The notes under the pieces were generated by a model, which was not told the origin of the DNA, ran no database searches, and saw only the letters and a program-made list of their open reading frames with translations. From NCBI GenBank assembly GCA_020722765.1, contig DYKD01000008.1, positions 1,304 to 65,303 on the forward strand: 64,000 bases of DNA, given 5' to 3'. The position numbers and the translations under genes are program-made. Shown here in pieces: positions 21,701 to 30,171 of this stretch. Positions within the stretch are counted from its first letter, which is position 1; every line of letters starts with the position of its first letter. Source of the stretch: Brevinema andersonii (GTDB taxonomy: Bacteria; Spirochaetota; DYKD01).

Positions 21701-22102
21701 ATAAATTCTGTTGGCAATGTTTTCAAATTCAGAATCATGGCTGATGGATATTCTATCACTAACAGCATGACCGCTGATAACTCATGGGGTTTCAGGATCG
21801 CTGAGATTGAAGAACAGCAGAACAGCATCACTGTGATACCGACAATCATGGATTCTGCTTCGGGTGTGCCGTTGAGTATTATTTATAAGACAACAAAGAA
21901 GACCCGGGTTTTCGTATCCGTTTATAATATAAGCGGAGATCTTGTGAGAAACATCGTGGATGAGACGCAGGATGCAGACACTTATGTGGCTCATTGGGAT
22001 GGCAGGAACATCAGGGATCAGGAGGTAGGTGGAGGAATCTACTTCATCATTGTCAAGTTCGATGATGATCGTCCTGCGATCAGAAAGGTGGTGGTAAAAT
22101 GA
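18707..22102 (+). CDS. large secreted protein with 7 Fn3-like repeats and T9SS-type C-terminal sorting domain
   Basis: Signal peptide present. A motif (W-x-W-R/K-V-x-A-x-D-K-x-G-N) recurs 7 times in roughly 100-aa units. The C-terminus (...HWDGRNIRDQEVGGGIYFIIVKFDDDRPAIRKVVVK) resembles the Por_Secre_tail / FlgD-Ig-like CTD. Confidence 0.6.
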   Translation: MFTKNMKIIFLPVALLVYANISYGQFMTNTPATSILEFSVFATASNMTSMVSNVVMTNKVASNYGGRLLTISTDRAAIILLKTNKTTNYLKNLGNHDDTFRLRIIKTNLSVAGLKFRYWFEDINGIKISNLGPIPRHSTNKFKFNVVFSNGNMPNHVEFRLGAQSMMGMNTFSTAYTGDYNAIKYGGDIGKSGLKGVVPQTNAPYQNDSFIRFSIGDNTPPTWVTLYKPYTNTYTNNTTVYFCWGKASDLESDIAGYQIEVDDDPSFAFPEKSSNIVDSTITNCTLTLTEGLKYWRVRALNGAGMYSTTNRVWNFKIDTILPTAPLLVFPKNNTCTNNGSLNIRWTKSSDAGSGISNYHVVMSSNNWSSTQRSMWSGSSGTTNIVLVLGNSLWRWKVLAKDKDGNIGLYSGVSNFTVDTLAPNAPTLSVPLNNVMTNTGVLSFRWNKTTDNGLAGITNYHIVMSSNNWISTQKSVWSGSSETTNIALTLGNSLWRWKVIAKDKAGNTNISAVSTFIIDTQAPNVTLLSSPSNNTMTNTGNITFNWYKPLDNGLTGISNYMLIISSNNFVSTQRSYNVIGSNQLSYVPAPLSAGVWTWRVAAVDKVNNVGTWSAVWTNTIDLIVPSISLISPTNQSILDMTNVTLLWSSSDDLTGVTETTLAVYTNGVNYILTNLLVSTQYVDVFTGTNYTWRVRVQDKAGNTNWSVLNAFRIRLADHMPPTAVSLIGPTNHSWTSNLQSSYGWTRSTDLSGTVTNYRIELSTDNFMTVVIASNITTTNAVVSVTGEGSWYWRIWSFDASGNSNVSMSFTNNIDRTAPFISLLTPSDNGLLLQNDVTFNWSANDGLGIGVQDYLLQISADDFVTVFKFTNLTGTASQLTLTNDTWQWRVRAVDQLGNARYSVTNTFEVRPYFASVTGNIRVTDGVHDIVIGSSSADTNQRVAGNTGVKIFIPMGGDVNPSSSIQIYYTLDGSIPMTNVNPLTATWNGTMWLVDIPDAITINSVGNVFKFRIMADGYSITNSMTADNSWGFRIAEIEEQQNSITVIPTIMDSASGVPLSIIYKTTKKTRVFVSVYNISGDLVRNIVDETQDADTYVAHWDGRNIRDQEVGGGIYFIIVKFDDDRPAIRKVVVK
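19680..20580 (+). repeat. intragenic tandem ~300-bp repeats (3 copies, first two near-identical)
   Basis: DNA segments around 19770-20070 and 20070-20370 are highly similar (both contain NYH(V/I)VMSSNNW..TQ(R/K)S.WSGSS.TTNI.L.LGNSLWRWKV.AKDK.GN). A third, more diverged copy follows. The minus-strand shadow ORFs 19780..20076 and 20083..20379 mirror each other. Confidence 0.7.
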
Positions 22103-23382
22103 AAAAACTATTGATAATCACTCTTTTATTCTCTGTCTCTTTGGTCAATGCTGAAGTCCTCACAACAGGAGCAGATTTTCTTAAGATTACCCTTGGTGGA
22201 AGGAACGCAGGAATGGGAGAGGCAACTGGCGCCATTAGCGATGATATAGAGGCGTTGAGTGTGAATGTTGCCGGCATCTCACGTATTAAGCGGATGCAAT
22301 TCCTGTACGAACATTCAGAATGGTTTGAAAGCGTCAATTATGAGGGGTTTGCCGCAGCCATACCACTCGATTATATTGTCCCTGGCCGCATCCTGCCCGG
22401 TGTTGTTGCTGTTGGATATCAGCTGCTCTATATCCCGCAGTCACAATTCCCTAACTATGATGATTGGGGTCTCCTCCTGCCAAGCAACATCGGATTCAGT
22501 AGCTTCAAGCTAAGTACAGGATATGCTTTGGGTGTTTTCCAGAATAACTGGATCTATCTCTCAGCAGGTGGTACAATTGCAGTCGTAGGCAAGAAAGTGC
22601 AGAACGGTGATACTGATCTTGTTGGTCAATCCAAGCCAGGCATCGATCTTGGACTCACATCTGTGATATCCCACAACGACCCGAGATTAAAAAAATATAT
22701 AGGAGAGACGTTCAATGCATCTCTCCTCGTCCAGAACATCGATTTTCTCCAGTCTGGCGTCAATGAGAGTCTTCCCTTTCAGATACGGGCAGGGCTTGGT
22801 TTCAGGATTTATAATCTTGTTAACCTGGGTTTTGAAGGCTTGAAATATATTGACACTCCCTTCAGATTCAACATCGGTCTTGAAGGATGGATTAAGGATT
22901 TAGTTGCGATTCGTGCAGGAACAAAGCTTGGTTCCGACCAGTTGAGCCATTTCAACCTTGGTTTTGGAGTCAAGTATAAAATAAAGAAAACCAAGCTTGC
23001 TATGGATTATGCTCTTGTTCCTTTTGAGCACCTCGGCATGACGCATCGGTTTACACTTAAGGCTGATGTGGGTAAGATGACCATAACAATCCCAGATAAG
23101 ACGGATATCATGTATTATAGGGGAGTTGATTATTTTATCCAGAGTGATTATGAGAACGCTATTGAGATGTGGGAAAAAGTCCTTAAAAAAAATCCCGGTC
23201 ATCTGAAATCCAAAAATCGGCTAAAAGAAGTCCAAAAAATCATCAAATACCAGGAAAAAGAGAAAGAGTTAAAGGACCTCCAAAATCGTTTTGAACAATA
23301 TCAATTGGAACAACAGAAAAAAGACAACATTATCAGAGAAAAATCTTCCAACAAAAAAATGAAACAAAATCATAGGAAATAG
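22099..23382 (+). CDS. PorV/FadL-like outer-membrane beta-barrel protein with C-terminal TPR/lysine-rich tail
   Basis: Signal peptide. The N-terminal signature GADFLKITLGGRNAGMGEATGAISDDIEALSVNVAGI matches the PorV/PorQ-type barrel motif (ARxxxMGGA...DD..A...NPAG). Its start overlaps the upstream stop (ATGA). Confidence 0.5.
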   Translation: MKKLLIITLLFSVSLVNAEVLTTGADFLKITLGGRNAGMGEATGAISDDIEALSVNVAGISRIKRMQFLYEHSEWFESVNYEGFAAAIPLDYIVPGRILPGVVAVGYQLLYIPQSQFPNYDDWGLLLPSNIGFSSFKLSTGYALGVFQNNWIYLSAGGTIAVVGKKVQNGDTDLVGQSKPGIDLGLTSVISHNDPRLKKYIGETFNASLLVQNIDFLQSGVNESLPFQIRAGLGFRIYNLVNLGFEGLKYIDTPFRFNIGLEGWIKDLVAIRAGTKLGSDQLSHFNLGFGVKYKIKKTKLAMDYALVPFEHLGMTHRFTLKADVGKMTITIPDKTDIMYYRGVDYFIQSDYENAIEMWEKVLKKNPGHLKSKNRLKEVQKIIKYQEKEKELKDLQNRFEQYQLEQQKKDNIIREKSSNKKMKQNHRK

Positions 23383-23435
23383 GATCATAATCCATTTTTA
23401 TAAGTTTTTTTATACACAAAACCATATCACAAAAA

Positions 23436-23822
23436 TCAAATTCCACCCTTTGACATTATTTTCGAGAAAACCCTGTCCATAACCTTCATGGAGTTACGGC
23501 GAAGCTGACATTCCCAAATGGTCATCACAGACCAACCAAGACGGCGCAACTGCCGTATACATTTCCTGTCACGCTCCCTATTGCTCTCAATCTTCTTCTT
23601 CCAAAACGCTTTCCTTGACTTTGGCATCCTAAAAATCTTGCATCTGCTATGGCCATGCCAGAAACATCCATTTATGAAAAGAATCAATTTTTGTGCTGGC
23701 AGGACAATATCAGGAGTTCCAGGCAGAGATTTTTTATTTGCGGAAAACCTGATCCCGTTCTTTCGCAGGATGCTTTTCACGATCCTCTCAGGTTGCGTGT
23801 TCTTCCCCCTGATCCGGCTCAT
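23436..23822 (-). CDS. vsr: very-short-patch-repair endonuclease Vsr
   Basis: MSRIRGKNTQPE...PDIVLP...FINGCFWHGH...W.VMTIWECQL is a canonical Vsr sequence. The ORF extends to 23879, but the internal ATG is the likely start. Confidence 0.85.
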   Translation of the reverse strand: MSRIRGKNTQPERIVKSILRKNGIRFSANKKSLPGTPDIVLPAQKLILFINGCFWHGHSRCKIFRMPKSRKAFWKKKIESNRERDRKCIRQLRRLGWSVMTIWECQLRRNSMKVMDRVFSKIMSKGGI

Positions 23823-23853
23823 TATGTAGGAACGCTTCTCCGCAGTGAAAATA

Positions 23854-25335
23854 TCAACCATGCCGCATGTTACCTGCAAGACGGGCAGTCAGACAAGCGG
23901 TTTTCGTGGAACCAAAACCGACATTCAATGAGCGTCTCATCCTCAACTGGTCTCCCTTAAAATGAAAACTTGTTTTTTGGATGAATGGTGTTTCAAACAT
24001 ACATGTTGTTACAACCAGGATATCTTGCCGGATCCAGGCATACCTGCATCTTACAGACACTTCCTTTTCTGTCCTCATTCCAGGAATGCCTGCCGACATG
24101 AACAACCCGGAAGGCATAAATTTTTTTCTGCCCCAATCCTCATATCCACATGAAATCAGGAAGACTTTCCCGTTTTTCTCAAATACAATCTCCAAATCTT
24201 TTTTCTTATTTCTGAACATGATAGTCTGAAACAACCTGTCATTCTTTTTGAAAATAAATTCCCTTCCCATCATTTTTCCCTGCCAAGGGGAACTTTTCAA
24301 ACCAGTCACAGAATCCAACATCAAGGATTTCTCTTTTTTTCTAAGAAGCTGAAGGGATTTCTTATCAATCTCTTTTTTCAAAGAAGAAATTCCCGGTAGA
24401 ACCGTTTTCCAGAATGACTTCAGTATTCCACCCATGTTAGGGATACCTGCAGTACAAATAAAAACCGTATCTAAGTCAGACATCACTACACAATACTGGC
24501 CGAAAGCGCCATCCCCCCTGTAAAAACCATGTGTGCAACGCCAGAACTGATATCCATATCCTTGCGCCCAGTCATTAGCTGGATCTGCCGCTGGATCTCC
24601 TGTCTCAACCTGTTTTGATGTGGCTTTCTCAATCCAAGATTCAGGAACCAACTTTTTCCCATGCCAAGTTCCTTTCCAGAGACATAACAGACCGAATTTT
24701 GCAATATCCTCAGTTGTCAAAGACAAACCCCATCCACCTGTATTGATTCCTGCTGGGCAGGAATCCCATGTTAACTTCCCAAATCCCATAGGATCAAACA
24801 ACCTTGTTTTCAAATATTGGACAAGTGTTTCTCCTGTCACTTTCTGCAAAATCGCAGATAACATATATGTAGCACAGCTGTTATATGTGAATTTTGTTCC
24901 TGGTCGATGTTCCACTGGAAGATTAAGAAATTCTTTTACCCAATCTTTTGAAATGACAACCTTTCCTGTAGTATCAATTTCATGTCCCGTTGTCATTGTC
25001 AGAAGATGCCTGATTGTCATCTCCTGTAGATGGGCAGACGGATTTTCAGGGACCTTATCTGGAAAAAAGGAGAACACCCTATCTTCTATCGAAAGTCGCC
25101 CTTCATAAATTGCCAGACCTGTTGCTATTGAAGTGAAACTCTTGCTCAATGAATTCAAAAGATGCACTGTTCCAGATGCATAGGGCTTCCACCAGCCTTC
25201 AGAAACAACTTTTCCATGCCTCAACAACATGAAACTATGCAAACCAAGTTTTTTCGTAGTTTCCAAAAACTTGAGTATTGAACGTGAGGAGATTCCTTCT
25301 ATTTCAGGTACAGACCTGGGTATTTTAGTTTTCAA
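23854..25335 (-). CDS. serine hydrolase, beta-lactamase (class C/EstB-like) family
   Basis: Carries the S-x-x-K motif (SLSKSF) in the expected N-terminal position. Overall similarity is to the beta-lactamase/transpeptidase-like fold, and the protein is 493 aa. Confidence 0.7.
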   Translation of the reverse strand: MKTKIPRSVPEIEGISSRSILKFLETTKKLGLHSFMLLRHGKVVSEGWWKPYASGTVHLLNSLSKSFTSIATGLAIYEGRLSIEDRVFSFFPDKVPENPSAHLQEMTIRHLLTMTTGHEIDTTGKVVISKDWVKEFLNLPVEHRPGTKFTYNSCATYMLSAILQKVTGETLVQYLKTRLFDPMGFGKLTWDSCPAGINTGGWGLSLTTEDIAKFGLLCLWKGTWHGKKLVPESWIEKATSKQVETGDPAADPANDWAQGYGYQFWRCTHGFYRGDGAFGQYCVVMSDLDTVFICTAGIPNMGGILKSFWKTVLPGISSLKKEIDKKSLQLLRKKEKSLMLDSVTGLKSSPWQGKMMGREFIFKKNDRLFQTIMFRNKKKDLEIVFEKNGKVFLISCGYEDWGRKKFMPSGLFMSAGIPGMRTEKEVSVRCRYAWIRQDILVVTTCMFETPFIQKTSFHFKGDQLRMRRSLNVGFGSTKTACLTARLAGNMRHG

Positions 25336-25562
25336 AATATCACTCCTATATACAGATAATGATCCAGCTTAATATATTCCCGTCTGCCCCTACTTTCAAC
25401 TACACAAGATTATGAGAACATCCTAAACTATGAATGGTTAAAACAATAATCCCATACTATTTCAATATGAATTAACTCCCATTTATACTCTGTTTTTTAA
25501 ACTAAAAAAATCATCTCAAAACAACTGTTCTTATAGTGCATATTATGTCCCAAAAATATTGA

Positions 25563-25636
25563 AACCCTATAAAACAAAAATATCTTGTCTTTACTCATTT
25601 TCTTCGTTAAATTATACGCTCTTGTTTTATAGGGTT
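25563..25636 (+). promoter_or_regulatory. 15-bp perfect inverted repeat pair flanking a putative promoter
   Basis: AACCCTATAAAACAA (25563-25577) and TTGTTTTATAGGGTT (25622-25636) lie 44 nt apart. The intervening sequence has TTGTCT ... TTAAAT promoter-like hexamers. An AGGAGG RBS and the TTG start of the 25671 gene follow. Confidence 0.4.
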
Positions 25637-25670
25637 GACTATGACCCTACCACTTTAGGAGGTTCCTACT

Positions 25671-28600
25671 TTGTCCAACGAAAACACAAATCCCAAGCAT
25701 GAGGAAGCCATTGGTATCTGCCTCGGTGCTTCCACATTTTCCATGGTTCAGATCGAAAAAGACGGTCATGACATAAAAGTCAAAAACATCACCATTGATG
25801 AACACAATGGCGATCCCAAAGGAACATTTTCCAAACACCTTGACCAGCAGGATTTGAATGGCAAGTACATAGCTATCACAGGAAGGAAGTTCCGTGAAAT
25901 AACAAATATTCCCTCACTCATAGAACCAGAAGCAACAGAAATCGCGTACCGCCATCTTACACATGGCCACAAGAAACATGATGCCATTGTCTCAGCTGGT
26001 GGCGAAACATTCATCGTATATGAGATTGACAATAAAGGAAAAGTATCCCGCATCAGTTCTGGAAACAAATGCGCTTCAGGAACAGGAGAATTTTTCTTGC
26101 AGCAGATCAGGCGTATGAACGTCTCCATTGGAGAAGCGGTTGAACTCGCCCGCTCTTCTAAAAAACCACATGAACTTTCTGGCAGATGTTCCGTATTCTG
26201 CAAATCGGACTGTACTCACGCATTAAACAAGGGTGAAAGCATTGCAGATGTTGCTGCTGGTCTTTCCCAAATGATCGCAAAAAAAATCGATGAGCTCCTT
26301 GTCAAGATAGGTGCCAAGAAAGTTCTCATAGTTGGCGGAACAGCACAGAACGATGTAGTCATCAACCTTGTAAGGAAGAATTTTGAAAAGGTGGACACTC
26401 CCAAAGAAGCACCCTATTTTGAAGCTTTGGGCGCGGCTCTTTGGGCCATGGAAAAGAAACAGGACAAAATCCCTGAAAAAGGGGATTACTTTAAAGAGCT
26501 CAAATCCTCTTTTGAAAAGCTCAAACCTCTCTCTGAATTTCTCCCCATGGTAGATTTTAAAGAGATGCCTTTTGAACAAGCACAGGAGAACGATGAATGC
26601 ATCATTGGGTTAGATGTTGGTTCGACAACTACAAAGATCGTACTTCTCCGTACTTCAGATGAAAAGATTTTGGTTGCCAAATATTTGCGCACGAATGGAA
26701 ATCCCATTGAAGCGTCCAAACAATGTTATGCTGCTGTCATAGAACAGCTTGGTCATGTCAACGTCAAGATCATAGGCTTGGGCGTTACAGGTAGCGGACG
26801 TTATATTGCTGGTCTTCATGCCGAGACAGAAGGCATCATCAATGAAATCATAGCCCATGCAAAAGCCGCTGCGCATTTCGACAATGGCGTGGATACGATT
26901 TTTGAAATTGGTGGACAAGACGCTAAATACACTCATCTCACAAACGGAGTCGCTTCCGATTATGCCATGAACGAAGCGTGTTCAGCAGGAACGGGAAGTT
27001 TTCTTGAAGAATCCGCCTTCGAAACACTCAATGTTAAGATGGAAGACATCGCCCCCATTGCGTTAAAAGCAGATTCTCCGCCCAACTTTTCTGATCAATG
27101 CGCTGCATTCATATCTTCGGACATAAACACAGCATTACAGGAAGGTATAAGCAAAGAGAATATCATAGCAGGACTTGTCTATTCCATCTGTATTAACTAT
27201 GTGAATCGCGTCAAGGGATCACGGCAAACAGGACACAAGATTTTCATGCAGGGGGGGGTCTGTTACAACAAGGCTGTTCCCGTAGCGATGGCAGCTCTCA
27301 CAGGAAAGACAATCATTGTGCCTCCACATCCAGGACTCATGGGTTCCTATGGCGTTGCACTTGAAGTGAAGGACATGATTGAGCTTGGCTTTCTACACAA
27401 AAAAGGATTTAACTTAAAAGACTTAGCACACAGAGATGTCACATACGGAAAACCTTTCATTTGCCAAGGTGCGGCTGAACACTGTGACCGCAAGTGTGAA
27501 ATCGCCATGATCAATATCAACAATAAAAAATTCCCTTTTGGTGGAGCTTGCAACAAGTATTACAACGAGATTCACAAAGTTAAATATGATATAACACAAC
27601 TGAATCATATTGAAACAAGACAAAAACTACTCTACAATACTTTTGTTACACCAAGTCCAGACATCAAACCAGATGCCAAAGTTGTTGGTATCAACAGATC
27701 TTTCCATACAAATACACTCTACCCCATGTACTTCAATTTTTTCAATGCACTCGGCTTGAAAGTCATCTTGCCCGATTCTGTACAGCATGAAGGGGTTGAT
27801 AAAGGCATGACAAGTTTTTGTCTCGCAGGTCAGATTGCACTTGGCATGTTTGATGATCTATTACGGAAAAATCCAGACTACGTTTTTGTTCCCCACATAA
27901 AAGAGATGCATGTTTCAGAACAAAAAGAATACCGCATTGAATATCAGACAACATGTATGTTCGTACAGGGAGAACCATGGTATCTACGTGCCACTTTCCT
28001 TCGCGACAAAGAAAATCCTCCCAAACTGATTGCGCCTGTCCTCAATTTTATGGCAGGCTTTGATAAAGAAGAGAAACAATTTATCAAGATTGCAGAAGAT
28101 CTCGGCTTCAGTGCAGCAGAAGGGGAAAAGGCCCATAAAATCGCTTTCCAAAAACAGCAGGAATTTTTCAAAGCCATGAAAGAGGAGGGTTCTCGTATCC
28201 TCAAAAAACTTGAAGAAGATCCAGAGAAACGTGCCATTGTCCTTTTTGGACATCCTTACAGTGCTTTTGCAGACGAAGCGAATAAAGGGGTCCCCTTCAA
28301 ATTTGCCTCTCGCGGTATTGAAATTATTCCTTTCGATTTCCTCATGTATGAAGATGAAGAAAACTATAAGAACACCTATTGGGAAATGGGACAACGCATC
28401 ATCAAGGCAGCACGAATTGTCAAACGTCATCCCCAACTCTTCGGATGTTATCTTACAAACTTCCTTTGCGCTATCGATTCGTTTATGGTGCCACATTTTC
28501 GTGACCTCATGGGAACAAAGCCATCCTTGACTATTGAAGTCGATTCTCACACAGCTGATGCAGGCGTCAACACCCGTATTGAAGCATTCATGGATGTGGT

Positions 28601-30014
28601 GCGAAACTATCTTAAAATGTCAGGAAAAATCAAGGATCCAGCTAAGACTTTCCAGATTGCTAAAACTGAAGTTGACCAGGTTGGTAATGTTGTTTTCATC
28701 GATTCTGATGGGAAACGATTCCCGATCAAACATCCAGATGTAAATGTTGTTGTCCCTTCAATGGGAGACCTCTTTGCTGAAGGAACAGCAGCTGTCATAC
28801 GTGGATTGGGATGGCACGCAGAAGGCCTTCCTGTCTGTGATCGCGAAGCGCTTGACCTCGGCCGTTCAGTGACTACAGGAAAAGAATGCCTCCCTATCAT
28901 CAACATCGTCGGTGAAGTTTTAAAGCACATCAAATATAGAAAGAACAAAAATGAAAAGTTGGTAGTCATGATGGTAGGCGCTGGTGGTTGTTGCCGGGTC
29001 GGACAATACGATATCCTCATCAACACAATCGCTGAAAAACTGAAACTACGCGATGTTGCCACACTCGTCCTGACAAATGATGATGGTTATGCAGGACTGG
29101 GTCTTCCCTTCCGCCTTGGCATGGTGAAATCGCTTTACACCTTTGATACTATGGATGATATCCGATCCGCCATCAGAGGCATGGCTATTGATCCTGTAAA
29201 AGGGATGGAAGTTTGGACTCGTGAAAAAAACAATATGCTCGCTTCCCTTGCTAAAGAAAACAACAAGCCTTTCTTCAAACAGCTTGAAGAAAGCATAAAG
29301 GAACTTGCAAAGATCAGGTTAAAGAATCCTATCAGTAAAGCGAAATATATCGGACTTGTCGGAGAAATATTTGTACGTCGTGACCACTTCGCTCTTATGG
29401 GCATTCCTGAACGTTTGGCTGAAAACGGATTTGTCATGCTCGATGCGCCTGTCACAGAATGGATACGATACACTGATTTCCTCCGCGATATCAAGATGTA
29501 TGTTGCCAAGACTACAATCATGGGCAAGATTGAATCCCTTGTTTCAGATTTGGTACAGGATCATTATGAGAAAAAGATCAAAAAGATGTTTGTCAAGTCT
29601 GGACTTTATGAATTTGAGATGATTCATATCAGGAAATACATGGCACATTCAACTCATTTCTTCCCTCTCGAACTTACAGGAGAGCCCGGTCTCTCCACCG
29701 GTTCTGCCTTATACCATTATGGGAAAAAGTATTGTGGCACCATCAGCGTGGGACCTTTTGGTTGCATGAATTCACGTATGACTGAAGCTGTTGCCACACC
29801 AGAGATGACAGTTGAGGGGAAGGAACGGGCCTTGAAAAATGCAGGAGACAAATCCGACTTCAGCTACTTGAAGAAAAACATGGATATTCTCCCCTTCTTG
29901 AGTGTTGAATTGGATGGGAATCCTTTCTCACAGATAGTCATCGCCAGATTGGAAACATTCATGCTGCAGGCAGACCGCATGTATGACATGATGCAGGATC
30001 ATAAGAAGAAATAA
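25671..30014 (+). CDS. acyl-CoA dehydratase activase-related fusion (2x BadF/BadG/BcrA/BcrD ATPase + DUF2229)
   Basis: 1447 aa with a TTG start after AGGAGG. It has two ASKHA-type ATPase modules (CASGTGEFF; IIGLDVGSTTTKIVLL...GGQDAK) and a roughly 800-aa C-terminal region of the DUF2229 (HgdB-like partner) type. Confidence 0.65.
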   Translation: MSNENTNPKHEEAIGICLGASTFSMVQIEKDGHDIKVKNITIDEHNGDPKGTFSKHLDQQDLNGKYIAITGRKFREITNIPSLIEPEATEIAYRHLTHGHKKHDAIVSAGGETFIVYEIDNKGKVSRISSGNKCASGTGEFFLQQIRRMNVSIGEAVELARSSKKPHELSGRCSVFCKSDCTHALNKGESIADVAAGLSQMIAKKIDELLVKIGAKKVLIVGGTAQNDVVINLVRKNFEKVDTPKEAPYFEALGAALWAMEKKQDKIPEKGDYFKELKSSFEKLKPLSEFLPMVDFKEMPFEQAQENDECIIGLDVGSTTTKIVLLRTSDEKILVAKYLRTNGNPIEASKQCYAAVIEQLGHVNVKIIGLGVTGSGRYIAGLHAETEGIINEIIAHAKAAAHFDNGVDTIFEIGGQDAKYTHLTNGVASDYAMNEACSAGTGSFLEESAFETLNVKMEDIAPIALKADSPPNFSDQCAAFISSDINTALQEGISKENIIAGLVYSICINYVNRVKGSRQTGHKIFMQGGVCYNKAVPVAMAALTGKTIIVPPHPGLMGSYGVALEVKDMIELGFLHKKGFNLKDLAHRDVTYGKPFICQGAAEHCDRKCEIAMININNKKFPFGGACNKYYNEIHKVKYDITQLNHIETRQKLLYNTFVTPSPDIKPDAKVVGINRSFHTNTLYPMYFNFFNALGLKVILPDSVQHEGVDKGMTSFCLAGQIALGMFDDLLRKNPDYVFVPHIKEMHVSEQKEYRIEYQTTCMFVQGEPWYLRATFLRDKENPPKLIAPVLNFMAGFDKEEKQFIKIAEDLGFSAAEGEKAHKIAFQKQQEFFKAMKEEGSRILKKLEEDPEKRAIVLFGHPYSAFADEANKGVPFKFASRGIEIIPFDFLMYEDEENYKNTYWEMGQRIIKAARIVKRHPQLFGCYLTNFLCAIDSFMVPHFRDLMGTKPSLTIEVDSHTADAGVNTRIEAFMDVVRNYLKMSGKIKDPAKTFQIAKTEVDQVGNVVFIDSDGKRFPIKHPDVNVVVPSMGDLFAEGTAAVIRGLGWHAEGLPVCDREALDLGRSVTTGKECLPIINIVGEVLKHIKYRKNKNEKLVVMMVGAGGCCRVGQYDILINTIAEKLKLRDVATLVLTNDDGYAGLGLPFRLGMVKSLYTFDTMDDIRSAIRGMAIDPVKGMEVWTREKNNMLASLAKENNKPFFKQLEESIKELAKIRLKNPISKAKYIGLVGEIFVRRDHFALMGIPERLAENGFVMLDAPVTEWIRYTDFLRDIKMYVAKTTIMGKIESLVSDLVQDHYEKKIKKMFVKSGLYEFEMIHIRKYMAHSTHFFPLELTGEPGLSTGSALYHYGKKYCGTISVGPFGCMNSRMTEAVATPEMTVEGKERALKNAGDKSDFSYLKKNMDILPFLSVELDGNPFSQIVIARLETFMLQADRMYDMMQDHKKK

Positions 30015-30171
30015 GACTATGTCACTGAAACAACCGTCCAGCCCTGAATAGCAGATTTATAAGTTAAACAAATTATTGATACTTCCCAATTTGTTTGATA
30101 GATTATAAATCAAGAACCACAAAGCAAGCTATGAGAAATGACCAAGTTAAAACAATCTTTGAGGAAAGTTT

